A stretch of DNA of 64,000 bases from an uncultured virus (IMG/VR IMGVR_UViG_3300042558_004670) (lineage: Duplodnaviria > Heunggongvirae > Uroviricota > Caudoviricetes), in IMG/VR virus record IMGVR_UViG_3300042558_004670; one strand, 5' to 3'. Of this stretch, positions 55,883 through 64,000 are shown one piece after another (position 1 is the first letter of the stretch; every line of letters starts with the position of its first letter). Position numbers and translations under genes: made by a program. The notes under the pieces were generated by a model. That model ran no database searches, was not told the DNA's origin, and saw only the letters and a list, made by a program, of their open reading frames with translations.

Positions 55883-57151
55883 TTACAGGTGGGTGATAAC
55901 GCGAAGGTTTTTGGAAGACCGTGTAAAAGCGGTGTACGCCCAGCGAATGCGGTCCTCCCGCTCCATGATACGAAGTGAGTCCGTCATAAGGACCACGACA
56001 TTGTCATCTTGTGAGCCTTGGCTCTTATGGACGGTAAGTGTATACCCGAAATCCCAAAGAGACCCCACAGAGGACCAACTGCGGTGGTCACCCGGAACGT
56101 CTGTGAAGGCGCCAAAGGTTCTCTCTTCTCCAAATTGGTGTTTGGATGCAGGAACGGTCACGATGTGACCACCGCCAAGGTCAACAGTCATCTTGTAGCG
56201 GTGTTCATCAGCGTCTGTGATCTCGACGATCGTCCCTCGTTGCCCATTGGCGATCACACCCTCTGACGTGCGGTAGTTTTTGACACAGATCACAACCTCA
56301 CCATCACGGGGCGGAGAGTTGTGCTTTCTGCCCCAAAATAGCTTTCGCGCTTGGTGGTTCAGGGAAACACGAGTGCGGTTGCTGTGCACCAACACCAGAC
56401 CGCCATCCTCCACAGACGCCAAGGCATCCGTAACAGAACCCCAACCCTTTCCGTGCGTGACACGTGGGTCGTCTGCTTCTTCGATGAACTGGATCATGGT
56501 GGAGAGGTCGATGCCCTCCCGCGCCATTGCAGACAACTCGATCACAGGGTTTCCTCGCGCCTGTCGATGGATCTGATCCAAGACATAGTCTGGCTTCGCC
56601 ATCAGGAATGGCGGCGACCCAACAGGAGGCATCTGCTTGTGGTCACCAACAGCAAGGATAGGGACTTTGTAAGAGGCGATGTCTCGGTAGACGTCTTCGT
56701 CAACCATAGACGCTTCATCAAGGACGATGAGGTCAAGGTCAAGGTCTTCTCGAATTGCCCAGTGAAGGACCCGCCCAGTGTCCTCATCTGCCACAGGACG
56801 ATACACCAAAGAGTGGATGGTGCTGGCACTGGCTGGGATACCGCGTGCCCGCAGGGAGGCGTTCAAGACTTGCGCTGCTTTACCAGTAAGGGTGGCGTAC
56901 CCAACCCGCAGGTTTGGATACCGCTCAAGCCAGAGCTTCGTCAGGTAGCCAGTGAGCGCTGTCTTCCCGCTACCCGCGACGCCAGCCAACGTGCGAAGCA
57001 GTGGGCCACCTCGACCACACACGTGATCGTTGATCCAAGGGTCCAAGCCCTTGATAACGCGGAGCTGGCTTTCGTCGGGAGCCAAAGTGGCGAACTGCTG
57101 TGTCTGCTCAGGGGATGGTGCGACATCCTCTTGGGGCTGGGGGTCAGTCAT
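55883..57151 (-). CDS. RecD/Dda-like SF1B helicase
   Basis: GVAGSGKT, LDEASMV, VGDHKQMPPV, LDQIHRQ, GYTLTVHKSQGSQ; start re-called at MTDPQP. Confidence 0.9.
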   Translation of the reverse strand: MTDPQPQEDVAPSPEQTQQFATLAPDESQLRVIKGLDPWINDHVCGRGGPLLRTLAGVAGSGKTALTGYLTKLWLERYPNLRVGYATLTGKAAQVLNASLRARGIPASASTIHSLVYRPVADEDTGRVLHWAIREDLDLDLIVLDEASMVDEDVYRDIASYKVPILAVGDHKQMPPVGSPPFLMAKPDYVLDQIHRQARGNPVIELSAMAREGIDLSTMIQFIEEADDPRVTHGKGWGSVTDALASVEDGGLVLVHSNRTRVSLNHQARKLFWGRKHNSPPRDGEVVICVKNYRTSEGVIANGQRGTIVEITDADEHRYKMTVDLGGGHIVTVPASKHQFGEERTFGAFTDVPGDHRSWSSVGSLWDFGYTLTVHKSQGSQDDNVVVLMTDSLRIMEREDRIRWAYTAFTRSSKNLRVITHL

Positions 57152-57247
57152 GCGCACAGGCTTATGCGGATAGCAGCATGCTGTCAAGAGCTTTGGACGG
57201 GTGCCCTGAATCCTGTCAGCACACGGACAGCTGTTGCACACTTACCC

Positions 57248-58669
57248 ATGCGCAAGACGTGGCTACCTCTTTCTGACGCGGCAACAGCAACAGGGCAGTC
57301 GAAAGGCGCCATCCGGGGTCAGGCTCGTCGTGGCACCCGTGACGTCAAGGTTGGGACAGACGGGAAGTACCTGTACCGGGTCGATGTGGTACCATCCCCG
57401 AAAGCGGAAAAGGTTCTGGTCGACCTGCCCAGCAAACCCGCAAAGACAGATACGTACGTCTTTGACGGCCAGAACTACTACTTCTCTTTGAGAAGCGTAC
57501 CGAAAGGCCTGTTCACAGTCAGCAAGCAAACGATTGAACAGCTTGTGCAGTCGTATTCCTACGAAGGCCAGCATGCGACTCTTCAGGAGTTGAGTCGGGT
57601 CCTGACATGGAGCCGGCGCACTGTGCGGGAAGTTCTCCGAGCACTGGGTGTGACCCACAGCAGCCTCCCCTTCACTGATGAGCAGATCGAGGATCAGCCA
57701 GAAGAGGTGCTGGTTGAGGACATGGTGCGTGCGAAGGAGCAGCGCATCTACGTAGCGGCACAGCGCAAGGTGTTGGAAGAGCAGAAGTTGCTGGCCACGA
57801 AGGCGAGCAACATCCGGGAGTTCATCCGGTCTGTTCTCCCAGAAGTGTCCTTGCCCACACCACCTGCCCGCGAAGTAGCGAAGGTTGCAAGTGGGGTGAC
57901 CGTCGTCTCACACGCAACCGACCTTCACTTCGGAAAAGATGGCTGGCGCTTGCGTGCTGGTTCTGAGGGCTACTCAAGGGATGAGTGCCGCCGTCGCTTG
58001 TTGTCCGCAACGAATGCCCTCATGGGGCGGGTGGACAAGTGGGGCCACGTCAAGCGTGTCATCTTGGGTGTTGGGGGCGACTGGTTCCATGTCGACAACC
58101 ACAGAAACACAACAACCGCAGGCACCCCACAAGATGCGGATGGCAACTACCGTCGCATCTTCATGGAGGGGTGTCAGCTGGCGTACGAACACATTGAAAT
58201 GTGGCGCACAGCAGGGGCACCGGTAGAAGTTGTTGCTGTTCGGGGCAACCATGATTACTACTCAACAATGATGTTGGTGCTTTGGCTTGAAGCATTGTAC
58301 AGGAACGTGGCGGGTGTGAAGGTCCACGCAGTTGACGAAGACCGCCACTACCTCCATGTTGGCAACACTTTGCTTGGTATGACCCATGGCGACTCCACGA
58401 AAGACCAAGACCTCCGGGCTTTGATGTCCTGTGAGGCAAAGGACTTGTGGGCAAAGACGGAACACCGCTTGTGGTTGACCGGTCACTGGCATTCACAGAT
58501 CGTTAGTGAGCAGTATGGTGTGGTTGTAGAACATCTCCCCTCATTGGCAGGGTCAGATGCGTGGCACACGAAGCACGGTTATGTTGGTAACCGCAAGCTG
58601 CTCATGGCGCACATCATTGATGATAAACATGGGCCAGTGGCCAAGGTGTGGGCTGACGCCAAAGAGTGA
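57248..58669 (+). CDS. Calcineurin-like metallophosphoesterase with N-terminal HTH regions
   Basis: TDLHFG, GGDWFH, RGNHD, THGD, TGHWH; start re-called at MRKTWL. Confidence 0.85.
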   Translation: MRKTWLPLSDAATATGQSKGAIRGQARRGTRDVKVGTDGKYLYRVDVVPSPKAEKVLVDLPSKPAKTDTYVFDGQNYYFSLRSVPKGLFTVSKQTIEQLVQSYSYEGQHATLQELSRVLTWSRRTVREVLRALGVTHSSLPFTDEQIEDQPEEVLVEDMVRAKEQRIYVAAQRKVLEEQKLLATKASNIREFIRSVLPEVSLPTPPAREVAKVASGVTVVSHATDLHFGKDGWRLRAGSEGYSRDECRRRLLSATNALMGRVDKWGHVKRVILGVGGDWFHVDNHRNTTTAGTPQDADGNYRRIFMEGCQLAYEHIEMWRTAGAPVEVVAVRGNHDYYSTMMLVLWLEALYRNVAGVKVHAVDEDRHYLHVGNTLLGMTHGDSTKDQDLRALMSCEAKDLWAKTEHRLWLTGHWHSQIVSEQYGVVVEHLPSLAGSDAWHTKHGYVGNRKLLMAHIIDDKHGPVAKVWADAKE

Positions 58670-58716
58670 TGACACACATTGGTGGATCTTTGCACTCTCC
58701 GAAAGAGGTGTAAGAT

Positions 58717-59241
58717 ATGCCGCCAATCCCAGCGTCGAACCGATACAACATTGAAGCCAGTCGGCCCGCTGTACCGATTGACTTCGATGCGCCGTATGCC
58801 CCAACCACACAAACCTACCACGGCTTTTCGATCCAAGTCGATGGCGTGACCATCGGTCGCCTGACCTCTTGGACCCCGCAGCAGCTTGACCGTGCGATGA
58901 CCCACACACGTGAGCTGAATCCTCGCACATTCGGTCAGCCAGTTGACCTTGTGCCCGGTATCGCAAGCAACTTCACGGTGTCGTTCGCCCGCACCGAAGT
59001 GTGGAACGAAGAGATCGAGCGCGCTCTTGGTATCGCAGCAGACCCCTACAGCCTGTTGTTGAACCAGACCCGGCCCTTCTCGATCGATGAGGTCTACGCG
59101 CGTGGCAACCAGACCTACCGTCGGTTCCGCTACCTTGGTTGCTGGTTCAGCTCCAAGAACGTCAGCGCGTTCGAGGCAGAAGGTGACGGCATCATCCGCA
59201 TTGACGGGGAGATCACCTTCGTAAACAAGATCCTCGTTTGA
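58717..59241 (+). CDS. Putative tail tube / virion structural protein
   Basis: Beta-rich pattern IQVDGVTIGRL...RELN...VDLVPG...YLGCWFSS resembling contractile tail tube proteins; GAGGTG RBS. Confidence 0.55.
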   Translation: MPPIPASNRYNIEASRPAVPIDFDAPYAPTTQTYHGFSIQVDGVTIGRLTSWTPQQLDRAMTHTRELNPRTFGQPVDLVPGIASNFTVSFARTEVWNEEIERALGIAADPYSLLLNQTRPFSIDEVYARGNQTYRRFRYLGCWFSSKNVSAFEAEGDGIIRIDGEITFVNKILV

Positions 59242-59380
59242 AATCAATGGCTTGTCTGAGTGGTTGGGGGAGCTGACGACATCACCGTCGTCCCCTGCAA
59301 GGAAAACTTGAGGGCACCTGTCCAGATCTCTGGACACCACCTGTCCGTTGTGAATACCCTCCCGCAAAACGGAGGGTATT

Positions 59381-59728
59381 TTGCTTACACCCCAACGACT
59401 GGTTGACTGCCCCGCCTGCAAAGAACGCCACACTGAGGGAGACTGCCCCAGAGATCAGGAGGCGGATGTCAACGTGGATGACCCTGCGGTGCAGATCGCG
59501 ATGCGTCGCGGCATCCTCACACGCCCTGCACACTGCTCTGTCTGTAAGGCTGATGGTGAAGTTGTTGGCCACGTCGTTGCTGGCACTGGCGTCGTCGAGT
59601 GGAAATGTGCAGGGTGCCGGACATTCCGCTGCGACTGGTGCTGCGAAAGGACGCGCTCCCGCAACAAGTATTGCTCCGCGAACTGCCTCGTGGCACATTG
59701 GCAGGCGCAACACACCAAAGCGTCTTGA
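59381..59728 (+). CDS. Cys-rich Zn-finger protein
   Basis: Multiple CxxC; KYCSANC. Confidence 0.45.
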   Translation: MLTPQRLVDCPACKERHTEGDCPRDQEADVNVDDPAVQIAMRRGILTRPAHCSVCKADGEVVGHVVAGTGVVEWKCAGCRTFRCDWCCERTRSRNKYCSANCLVAHWQAQHTKAS

Positions 59729-59740
59729 AAGGGTCTACTC

Positions 59741-60763
59741 ATGTGGCACCAAGGGCAAACACCACCTCGTCGAACGGCTGTCATCACTCACGGTGACTGC
59801 TTGGATGGCTTCACTGCCGCCCACACAGTTCACACCTTCCTCTCAAAGAGGGGTGACGACGTTTGCCACTGGTTCTGGCAGCACAACAAGAACCCGCCTG
59901 CGTTTGGGAAGGACGGCGTTGTTCTGCACGTTGACCCATCCTGCTCCGTTGTTGGTACAGGCAGCTTCTACTCAGCTGACGGTGCAGCAACCCGCATGGT
60001 CGCCTCTTTGGACGTCGCCGTCTTTGACGAGATCTTGTTCTTCGACATCTTCCCGACAAGGGAGATGATGCAAGCACTTCGCTCTTTGGGCGCCATTCAG
60101 CGGGTTAAGATCTTTGACCACCACGACGGCGTGCGCCACCGTGACGCGAAGGCACCCGATGCTCCTTCTTTGTTGGAAGTTGCAACAGAGATGGGCTTCT
60201 CGGTTGTCATGTCTGACGACAACAGTGGCGCAGGCCTTGCTCACGCATACGCCTACCCACAAGAAGAAGCGGACCTCTTCACCGTCCTTGTTGAGGACGG
60301 AGACCTTTGGCGATTCAAGCACGAGAAGACCAAGGCACTACGCCTCATGTTGGAGGTCACGGAAAAGACTTTTCCAGATTGGACAGCAGCTCGGGACCGC
60401 GTCAACAGCGACCCGCCCATGCTGGACCGCTGGTCTGAGTGTCTTGATTACAGGGACAGAATCGTCAAGAAGCTTGCCGACCAAGCGATTTGGACTCGGT
60501 TTGCGGACCATCTTGTACCGTTTGTCAACAGTCCTGTTTGGCAGAGTGAGATTGGAAACTTCTTGTGTAAGAAGTATCCTTCTGCCCCCTTTGCGCTGGT
60601 GTACTGCACGGGCGGTCCGGACCACAACACGTACGTAAGCCTACGCGCGAATGGAAATGTCCACGTTGGCCTTCTCGCACAGAAGTTCGGTGGCGGTGGA
60701 CATGCAAACGCAGCTGGTTGCATGCTGACAGCAGACCAGTGGCGCTACACCGTGGCTGGTTAG
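59741..60763 (+). CDS. DHH/DHHA1 family phosphoesterase
   Basis: HGDCLDGF, IFDHH, SGAGLA, GGGGHANAAG. Confidence 0.85.
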   Translation: MWHQGQTPPRRTAVITHGDCLDGFTAAHTVHTFLSKRGDDVCHWFWQHNKNPPAFGKDGVVLHVDPSCSVVGTGSFYSADGAATRMVASLDVAVFDEILFFDIFPTREMMQALRSLGAIQRVKIFDHHDGVRHRDAKAPDAPSLLEVATEMGFSVVMSDDNSGAGLAHAYAYPQEEADLFTVLVEDGDLWRFKHEKTKALRLMLEVTEKTFPDWTAARDRVNSDPPMLDRWSECLDYRDRIVKKLADQAIWTRFADHLVPFVNSPVWQSEIGNFLCKKYPSAPFALVYCTGGPDHNTYVSLRANGNVHVGLLAQKFGGGGHANAAGCMLTADQWRYTVAG

Positions 60764-61593
60764 AACTGGCGGACTGAGTCAAGCATGGAAGCTTCGTAGC
60801 TCTGCACCATTTCCGCAGGGTTGAAGATATCTGGTGAGGATTCGTGGACCAACAGGCTGGTTTCCCAGTTCAGCTCTGGGGAACCTTCTGCTTCCTCTGA
60901 CCAAGATGTTCCTTGTGGGTCAAGGTAGCCCTTGAGGAGTAGATCCGGGAACGCGTTGGAGCTGAAGAATACCCACACATAGTTGTGCGCACCCTCACGG
61001 TCACCACTTGGTACCAGTGGTGGCTGATTCATCAAATCAAGGAAGTAGTAGAAGTCACTCAAACCATGAGGGACTTTTACGGTTTGGTACGCGGTTGGGA
61101 TAGGAAGAATGTTACCGCTCTGCATGGAGAGGGAAACTCGCGGATGCCCAACCCAGACAGGCTTCCCATCGTGACCCGGACGGGGCGAGGCGAAGCGGGC
61201 GTGGCCACCCTTCACTTCCTCTTCACCAGCACGAAGCGGAAGCGTCCACGACGCAGCTTTGAACCCAGCGTGGAGGGCAAGGTACTTCCCCTCCTGTGCC
61301 CACATTGTGCTTGTGATGATGCTGGGGGAAAGGTCACCGCTCTGGAGATACCCACCATAGGGGAGGCGCATTCTTTCGCTGTCAGCAGTGGAGGCGTCTC
61401 GCGAAGAAGCAGCTGTCCCGTTACCTGCAAGGGCCTGTGCCGTTGCGGACTTCGCCAATGTGGAGCGGTCGACACCCGGCTTGAGGATGATTTGAGCATC
61501 GGAAAGGGACACCAGAGGCATAGGAATAGCTCCATCGCATCCCAAAAAGAAGAGGTCTGCCCCTACAGTATAGGGACAGACCTCTTTGTTCAC
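60760..61593 (-). CDS. Hypothetical protein, possibly virion/baseplate-related
   Basis: 277 aa ORF; function is a guess from composition and context. Confidence 0.5.
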   Translation of the reverse strand: MNKEVCPYTVGADLFFLGCDGAIPMPLVSLSDAQIILKPGVDRSTLAKSATAQALAGNGTAASSRDASTADSERMRLPYGGYLQSGDLSPSIITSTMWAQEGKYLALHAGFKAASWTLPLRAGEEEVKGGHARFASPRPGHDGKPVWVGHPRVSLSMQSGNILPIPTAYQTVKVPHGLSDFYYFLDLMNQPPLVPSGDREGAHNYVWVFFSSNAFPDLLLKGYLDPQGTSWSEEAEGSPELNWETSLLVHESSPDIFNPAEMVQSYEASMLDSVRQF

Positions 61594-61617
61594 CCCATCA
61601 GCGGGTGATCAAGCCTC

Positions 61618-62214
61618 TCAGGCAGCCTTGCCAGAGCGAACGAAGGCCTTGGTTGCCGCAGTCGGCTTGGCCTTGAGCACGCGGTGCGCAGGGACCACGA
61701 TCTTCTTCTCGCGCTCACGTGGGTTGTGGGCCATGCGCTCAGGCTTGTCGACACCTTCGAAGGTCGCAATCAGGGTCTTGACCTTCTTGCCGTCAGCCGC
61801 CGCCTTGAGCACCACCGTCTGGTACGCGTTCAGGACTTCCTTCACCAGCGAGGCACGCATCTGCACACCAAAGATGTGCTTGGTCTCTGCTGCGACCAGA
61901 CGGGCGAGGTCGTTGGCAGAGATCGTGTCATCGGCGTACTCCGAGGTGTACGCGTCAGCGCTGTTCTTGCCGTCAAAGACGCGGCTGACGATGGGCTTGC
62001 CCTCTTCGTCAAGGGTGACCACCTTGTCCTTGTAGGCGAGGGCGGCAGCGATCTGGCTCTGCTTCTTCTTGCGCTCGCCGGCAGCCTTGGGAGCGGCTGG
62101 GGCTTTTGCCGCCTTGGGAGCAGCTGCCTTGGGAGCAGCAGCGGGAGCCGCAGCTGGCGTGGCAGCTTCGGTCTTGGCGGGGGCGGCAGTGGCGGCTTTT
62201 CGTGCATTCATCAT
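61618..62214 (-). CDS. HU/IHF-like DNA-binding protein with Ala/Lys/Pro-rich N-terminal tail
   Basis: TFEGVDKPERMAHNPREREKKIVVPAHRVLKAKPTAATKAFV matches the HU arm; N-terminal AAAPKAAAPKAAKAPAAPK. Confidence 0.75.
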   Translation of the reverse strand: MMNARKAATAAPAKTEAATPAAAPAAAPKAAAPKAAKAPAAPKAAGERKKKQSQIAAALAYKDKVVTLDEEGKPIVSRVFDGKNSADAYTSEYADDTISANDLARLVAAETKHIFGVQMRASLVKEVLNAYQTVVLKAAADGKKVKTLIATFEGVDKPERMAHNPREREKKIVVPAHRVLKAKPTAATKAFVRSGKAA

Positions 62215-62230
62215 GGTCTTGGTTCTCTCT

Positions 62231-62276
62231 TTTGCCTTTCGGCGGTTTGCCTTTCGGCGGGGTTTCCCTTACGGGG
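62231..62276 (-). promoter_or_regulatory. Three tandem GNRA mini-hairpins in the 5' leader of the HU-like gene
   Basis: Minus strand CCC-GTAA-GGG AAA CCCC GCC-GAAA-GGC AAA CC GCC-GAAA-GGC AAA. Confidence 0.55.
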
Positions 62277-62278
62277 AT

Positions 62279-62896
62279 TCAGTCCTGATCGTCTTCGTCG
62301 TCAAAGTCTTCATCGGCGAAGTCGTCGTCATCGTCATCAACCGAGCCTTCATCTTCTTCGACTTCCTCATCGGAATCACCATCATTGGTGTCTTCATCAG
62401 CGTCGAACGCGTCACTTGTATCCTTATCCTCGCTCTTTTCGAGGAGAGGTGCAAGCCCTTTTCTATTCGCAAGTTCCGTTGCGTAGTGTTCACCCGCCGC
62501 GAATGCAACTTCCACAAGCTGGTAGGGCGTGAAAATGACACCTGTGGCGGACTTCACATCGTCAACACCACCATCATTGATGTCCAAGACACCAAACTTC
62601 TCGAACAGGGCGGCAACGAACTCTGGCGGAAGGACGCGTTCCGGCATCCCCTGTTCCCGTTGCACTTTGTTGTGTGCCTCGACATCCAACTGGTCGACTT
62701 CGATGTATCCTTCAAGGTTGGGCTTGCCTGCAAGGGCTACACACCCAACGGAGGAGGCGAGTTGACCATTCGGGTCAAGAAGCTCCATCAGCGACCACAG
62801 GCGCCCGATCTCTCGCGACTTGTCGAGGATGGTGTTGCGCACAGCGCGGCCAAACTTCTTCTCGGAGTCACGGGCCAACTTCTCACGGTCCTGCAT
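62279..62896 (-). CDS. Hypothetical protein with very acidic C-terminal tail
   Basis: MQDREKL after GAGG; tail DEEVEEDE...DDEDDQD. Confidence 0.6.
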   Translation of the reverse strand: MQDREKLARDSEKKFGRAVRNTILDKSREIGRLWSLMELLDPNGQLASSVGCVALAGKPNLEGYIEVDQLDVEAHNKVQREQGMPERVLPPEFVAALFEKFGVLDINDGGVDDVKSATGVIFTPYQLVEVAFAAGEHYATELANRKGLAPLLEKSEDKDTSDAFDADEDTNDGDSDEEVEEDEGSVDDDDDDFADEDFDDEDDQD

Positions 62897-62979
62897 GTCT
62901 GCCTCTTTCTTTTGGGTTCTCTGCGGTCTCCGCTGAAGAACCAGCGGAATGGGTCGAGTTTCGGGTAGTAGCGGGATCT

Positions 62980-64000
62980 TCACATGTTTACCAGTTCCTT
63001 CTGCAAGAAAGCGATTTGCTTGTCGCTCATCTTGCCGGGGTCTTTGTCGGGAGGCAAGACCAGACCCATTGCGTTGCAGCCGGAAAGACTTTCCAGAATC
63101 TGCACCTGTGCTTCTTGTCCGGCCTTGTCTCCGTCCATGAGAACAAGGAAGTGCGTGACTCCAGCGGCGATGAGAGCATCCCGCTTGATGGGTCCCCAGT
63201 TGCTCACGCCAAGGATCGCGAGGGCAGGAACACCAAGCGACCACAGGCGCATTGCGTCGACCGGGCCTTCCACCAAGACAACGCGCTTCCACCCGTAACG
63301 TAGAACCTTCTCTCCGTTAAAGAAGAGGTCGTTCGCAGGAAGCTCCTTGTCGTGCCAACCAGAACGGTCGGCGTGAAGAGGCGCATACTTTGGGGTTGCA
63401 TCTTCTGGCTCGATTGCGCGACAGGTGTACGCACGGAGCGCGCCTGACATCGTGCGAATGGGCAACCCGATGCGCAGTACGTTGGATCTGAGGTCATCAA
63501 CCCGCACACACCCCTGATCGCGAAGCCACTGGCCACGGAAACCACGCCAGTTCCCTCTCCACTCACTCACCAGCGGCTTGGTGAAGTCCTTGGCCCGGTC
63601 GCGCTTGTGCTCTTTTACACCTGCCTTGGTCAAAGCACGAGCAACACGAGCCATCGCAGCAGCAGAGGCATCTGTCCCAAACGGAGTGGGCACCTCTTGC
63701 GCGTTGATCTTCTTTGCCAGCTTGCCCCATTGGCCACCAGCACCACAGGCGAAGCAGTTGCCAGTAAGGAGGTTACCTTCAAGGCAGAAGGCGCCAGCAC
63801 CCGGCACAACAGCACAGAAGACCTCTTCCTCGATATCGAGGGGGCGCACAGATTCCACGACCCAGCGCAGGCGCTCGAACTTTGTGGTTTGTGGGAACAA
63901 CGGGGACATGCGGTGCCCCTTTCGCAGAGACGCCGTCGTCACCTCAACCTCTCGCGACTTCCCACGAACGAACCATCGGTGCTCTGCCGTGCACCGAATG
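62980..64000 (-). CDS. DnaG-type DNA primase (5' partial) with intein
   Basis: CFACG zinc-finger half; Toprim VVLVEGPVDA, LMDGDKAG, PDKDPG; frame open to the window end. Confidence 0.85.
   Translation of the reverse strand, partial: IRCTAEHRWFVRGKSREVEVTTASLRKGHRMSPLFPQTTKFERLRWVVESVRPLDIEEEVFCAVVPGAGAFCLEGNLLTGNCFACGAGGQWGKLAKKINAQEVPTPFGTDASAAAMARVARALTKAGVKEHKRDRAKDFTKPLVSEWRGNWRGFRGQWLRDQGCVRVDDLRSNVLRIGLPIRTMSGALRAYTCRAIEPEDATPKYAPLHADRSGWHDKELPANDLFFNGEKVLRYGWKRVVLVEGPVDAMRLWSLGVPALAILGVSNWGPIKRDALIAAGVTHFLVLMDGDKAGQEAQVQILESLSGCNAMGLVLPPDKDPGKMSDKQIAFLQKELVNM
63757..64000 (-). mobile_element. Mini-intein (C-terminal part), no homing endonuclease
   Basis: Block B IRCTAEHRWFV; blocks F/G EEVFCAVVPGAGAFCLEGNLLTGN followed by Cys+1. 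Confidence 0.85.

Noticed and set aside
1..64000. Stop-codon reassignment suggested by the phage release factor
   Set aside because: Genes tile densely in code 11; TGA, TAG and TAA all end well-formed genes, many with ATGA overlaps; long conserved enzymes are uninterrupted.
1..64000. tRNA genes or CRISPR array
   Set aside because: No cloverleaf with a T-loop consensus and no regularly spaced repeat-spacer array seen by eye; tRNAscan/ARAGORN would be needed to exclude atypical tRNAs.
63757..64000. Homing endonuclease within the intein
   Set aside because: Only about 40 aa separate block B from block F, with no LAGLIDADG motifs.

Overview
A 64 kb slice of a large, GC-rich (by eye ~57-60%) tailed-phage genome, probably a jumbo phage. 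It is densely packed with short hypothetical ORFs, mostly on the minus strand to ~27 kb and mostly on the plus strand after that. The standard genetic code is used, and I found no tRNA, rRNA or CRISPR array. Recognisable genes: patatin, YspA/SLOG protein, small HD (Mesh1/SpoT-like) hydrolase, cyclic-phosphate-processing receiver domain, NADAR, vWA, HigA-like HTH fusion, N6-MTase/SF2 helicase fusion, DUF3307, DnaQ-like exonuclease, CCA-adding enzyme, two PD-(D/E)XK nucleases, HUH Rep-like protein, RecD/Dda helicase, metallophosphoesterase, tail-tube-like protein, DHH phosphoesterase, HU-like protein, and a DnaG-type primase with a mini-intein. The most striking item is a domain-1-less class I release factor with an RF1-type PxT motif. 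It can only be made through a prfB (RF2)-style +1 frameshift (GGAG-T-GGT-CTT-TGA-C), and its SD is locked in a 14-bp hairpin that an internal promoter would bypass. Other unannotated structure: a stand-alone 52-aa EF-Ts N-terminal domain; two ~165-bp homologous inverted leaders at the strand switch; 23 copies of a GT(C/A)AA-N6-TT(G/T)AC dyad built into the -35 of sigma70-like promoters; many leaderless genes; and a leaderless uORF with a structured leader. Family assignments come from motif recognition by eye, not database searches.
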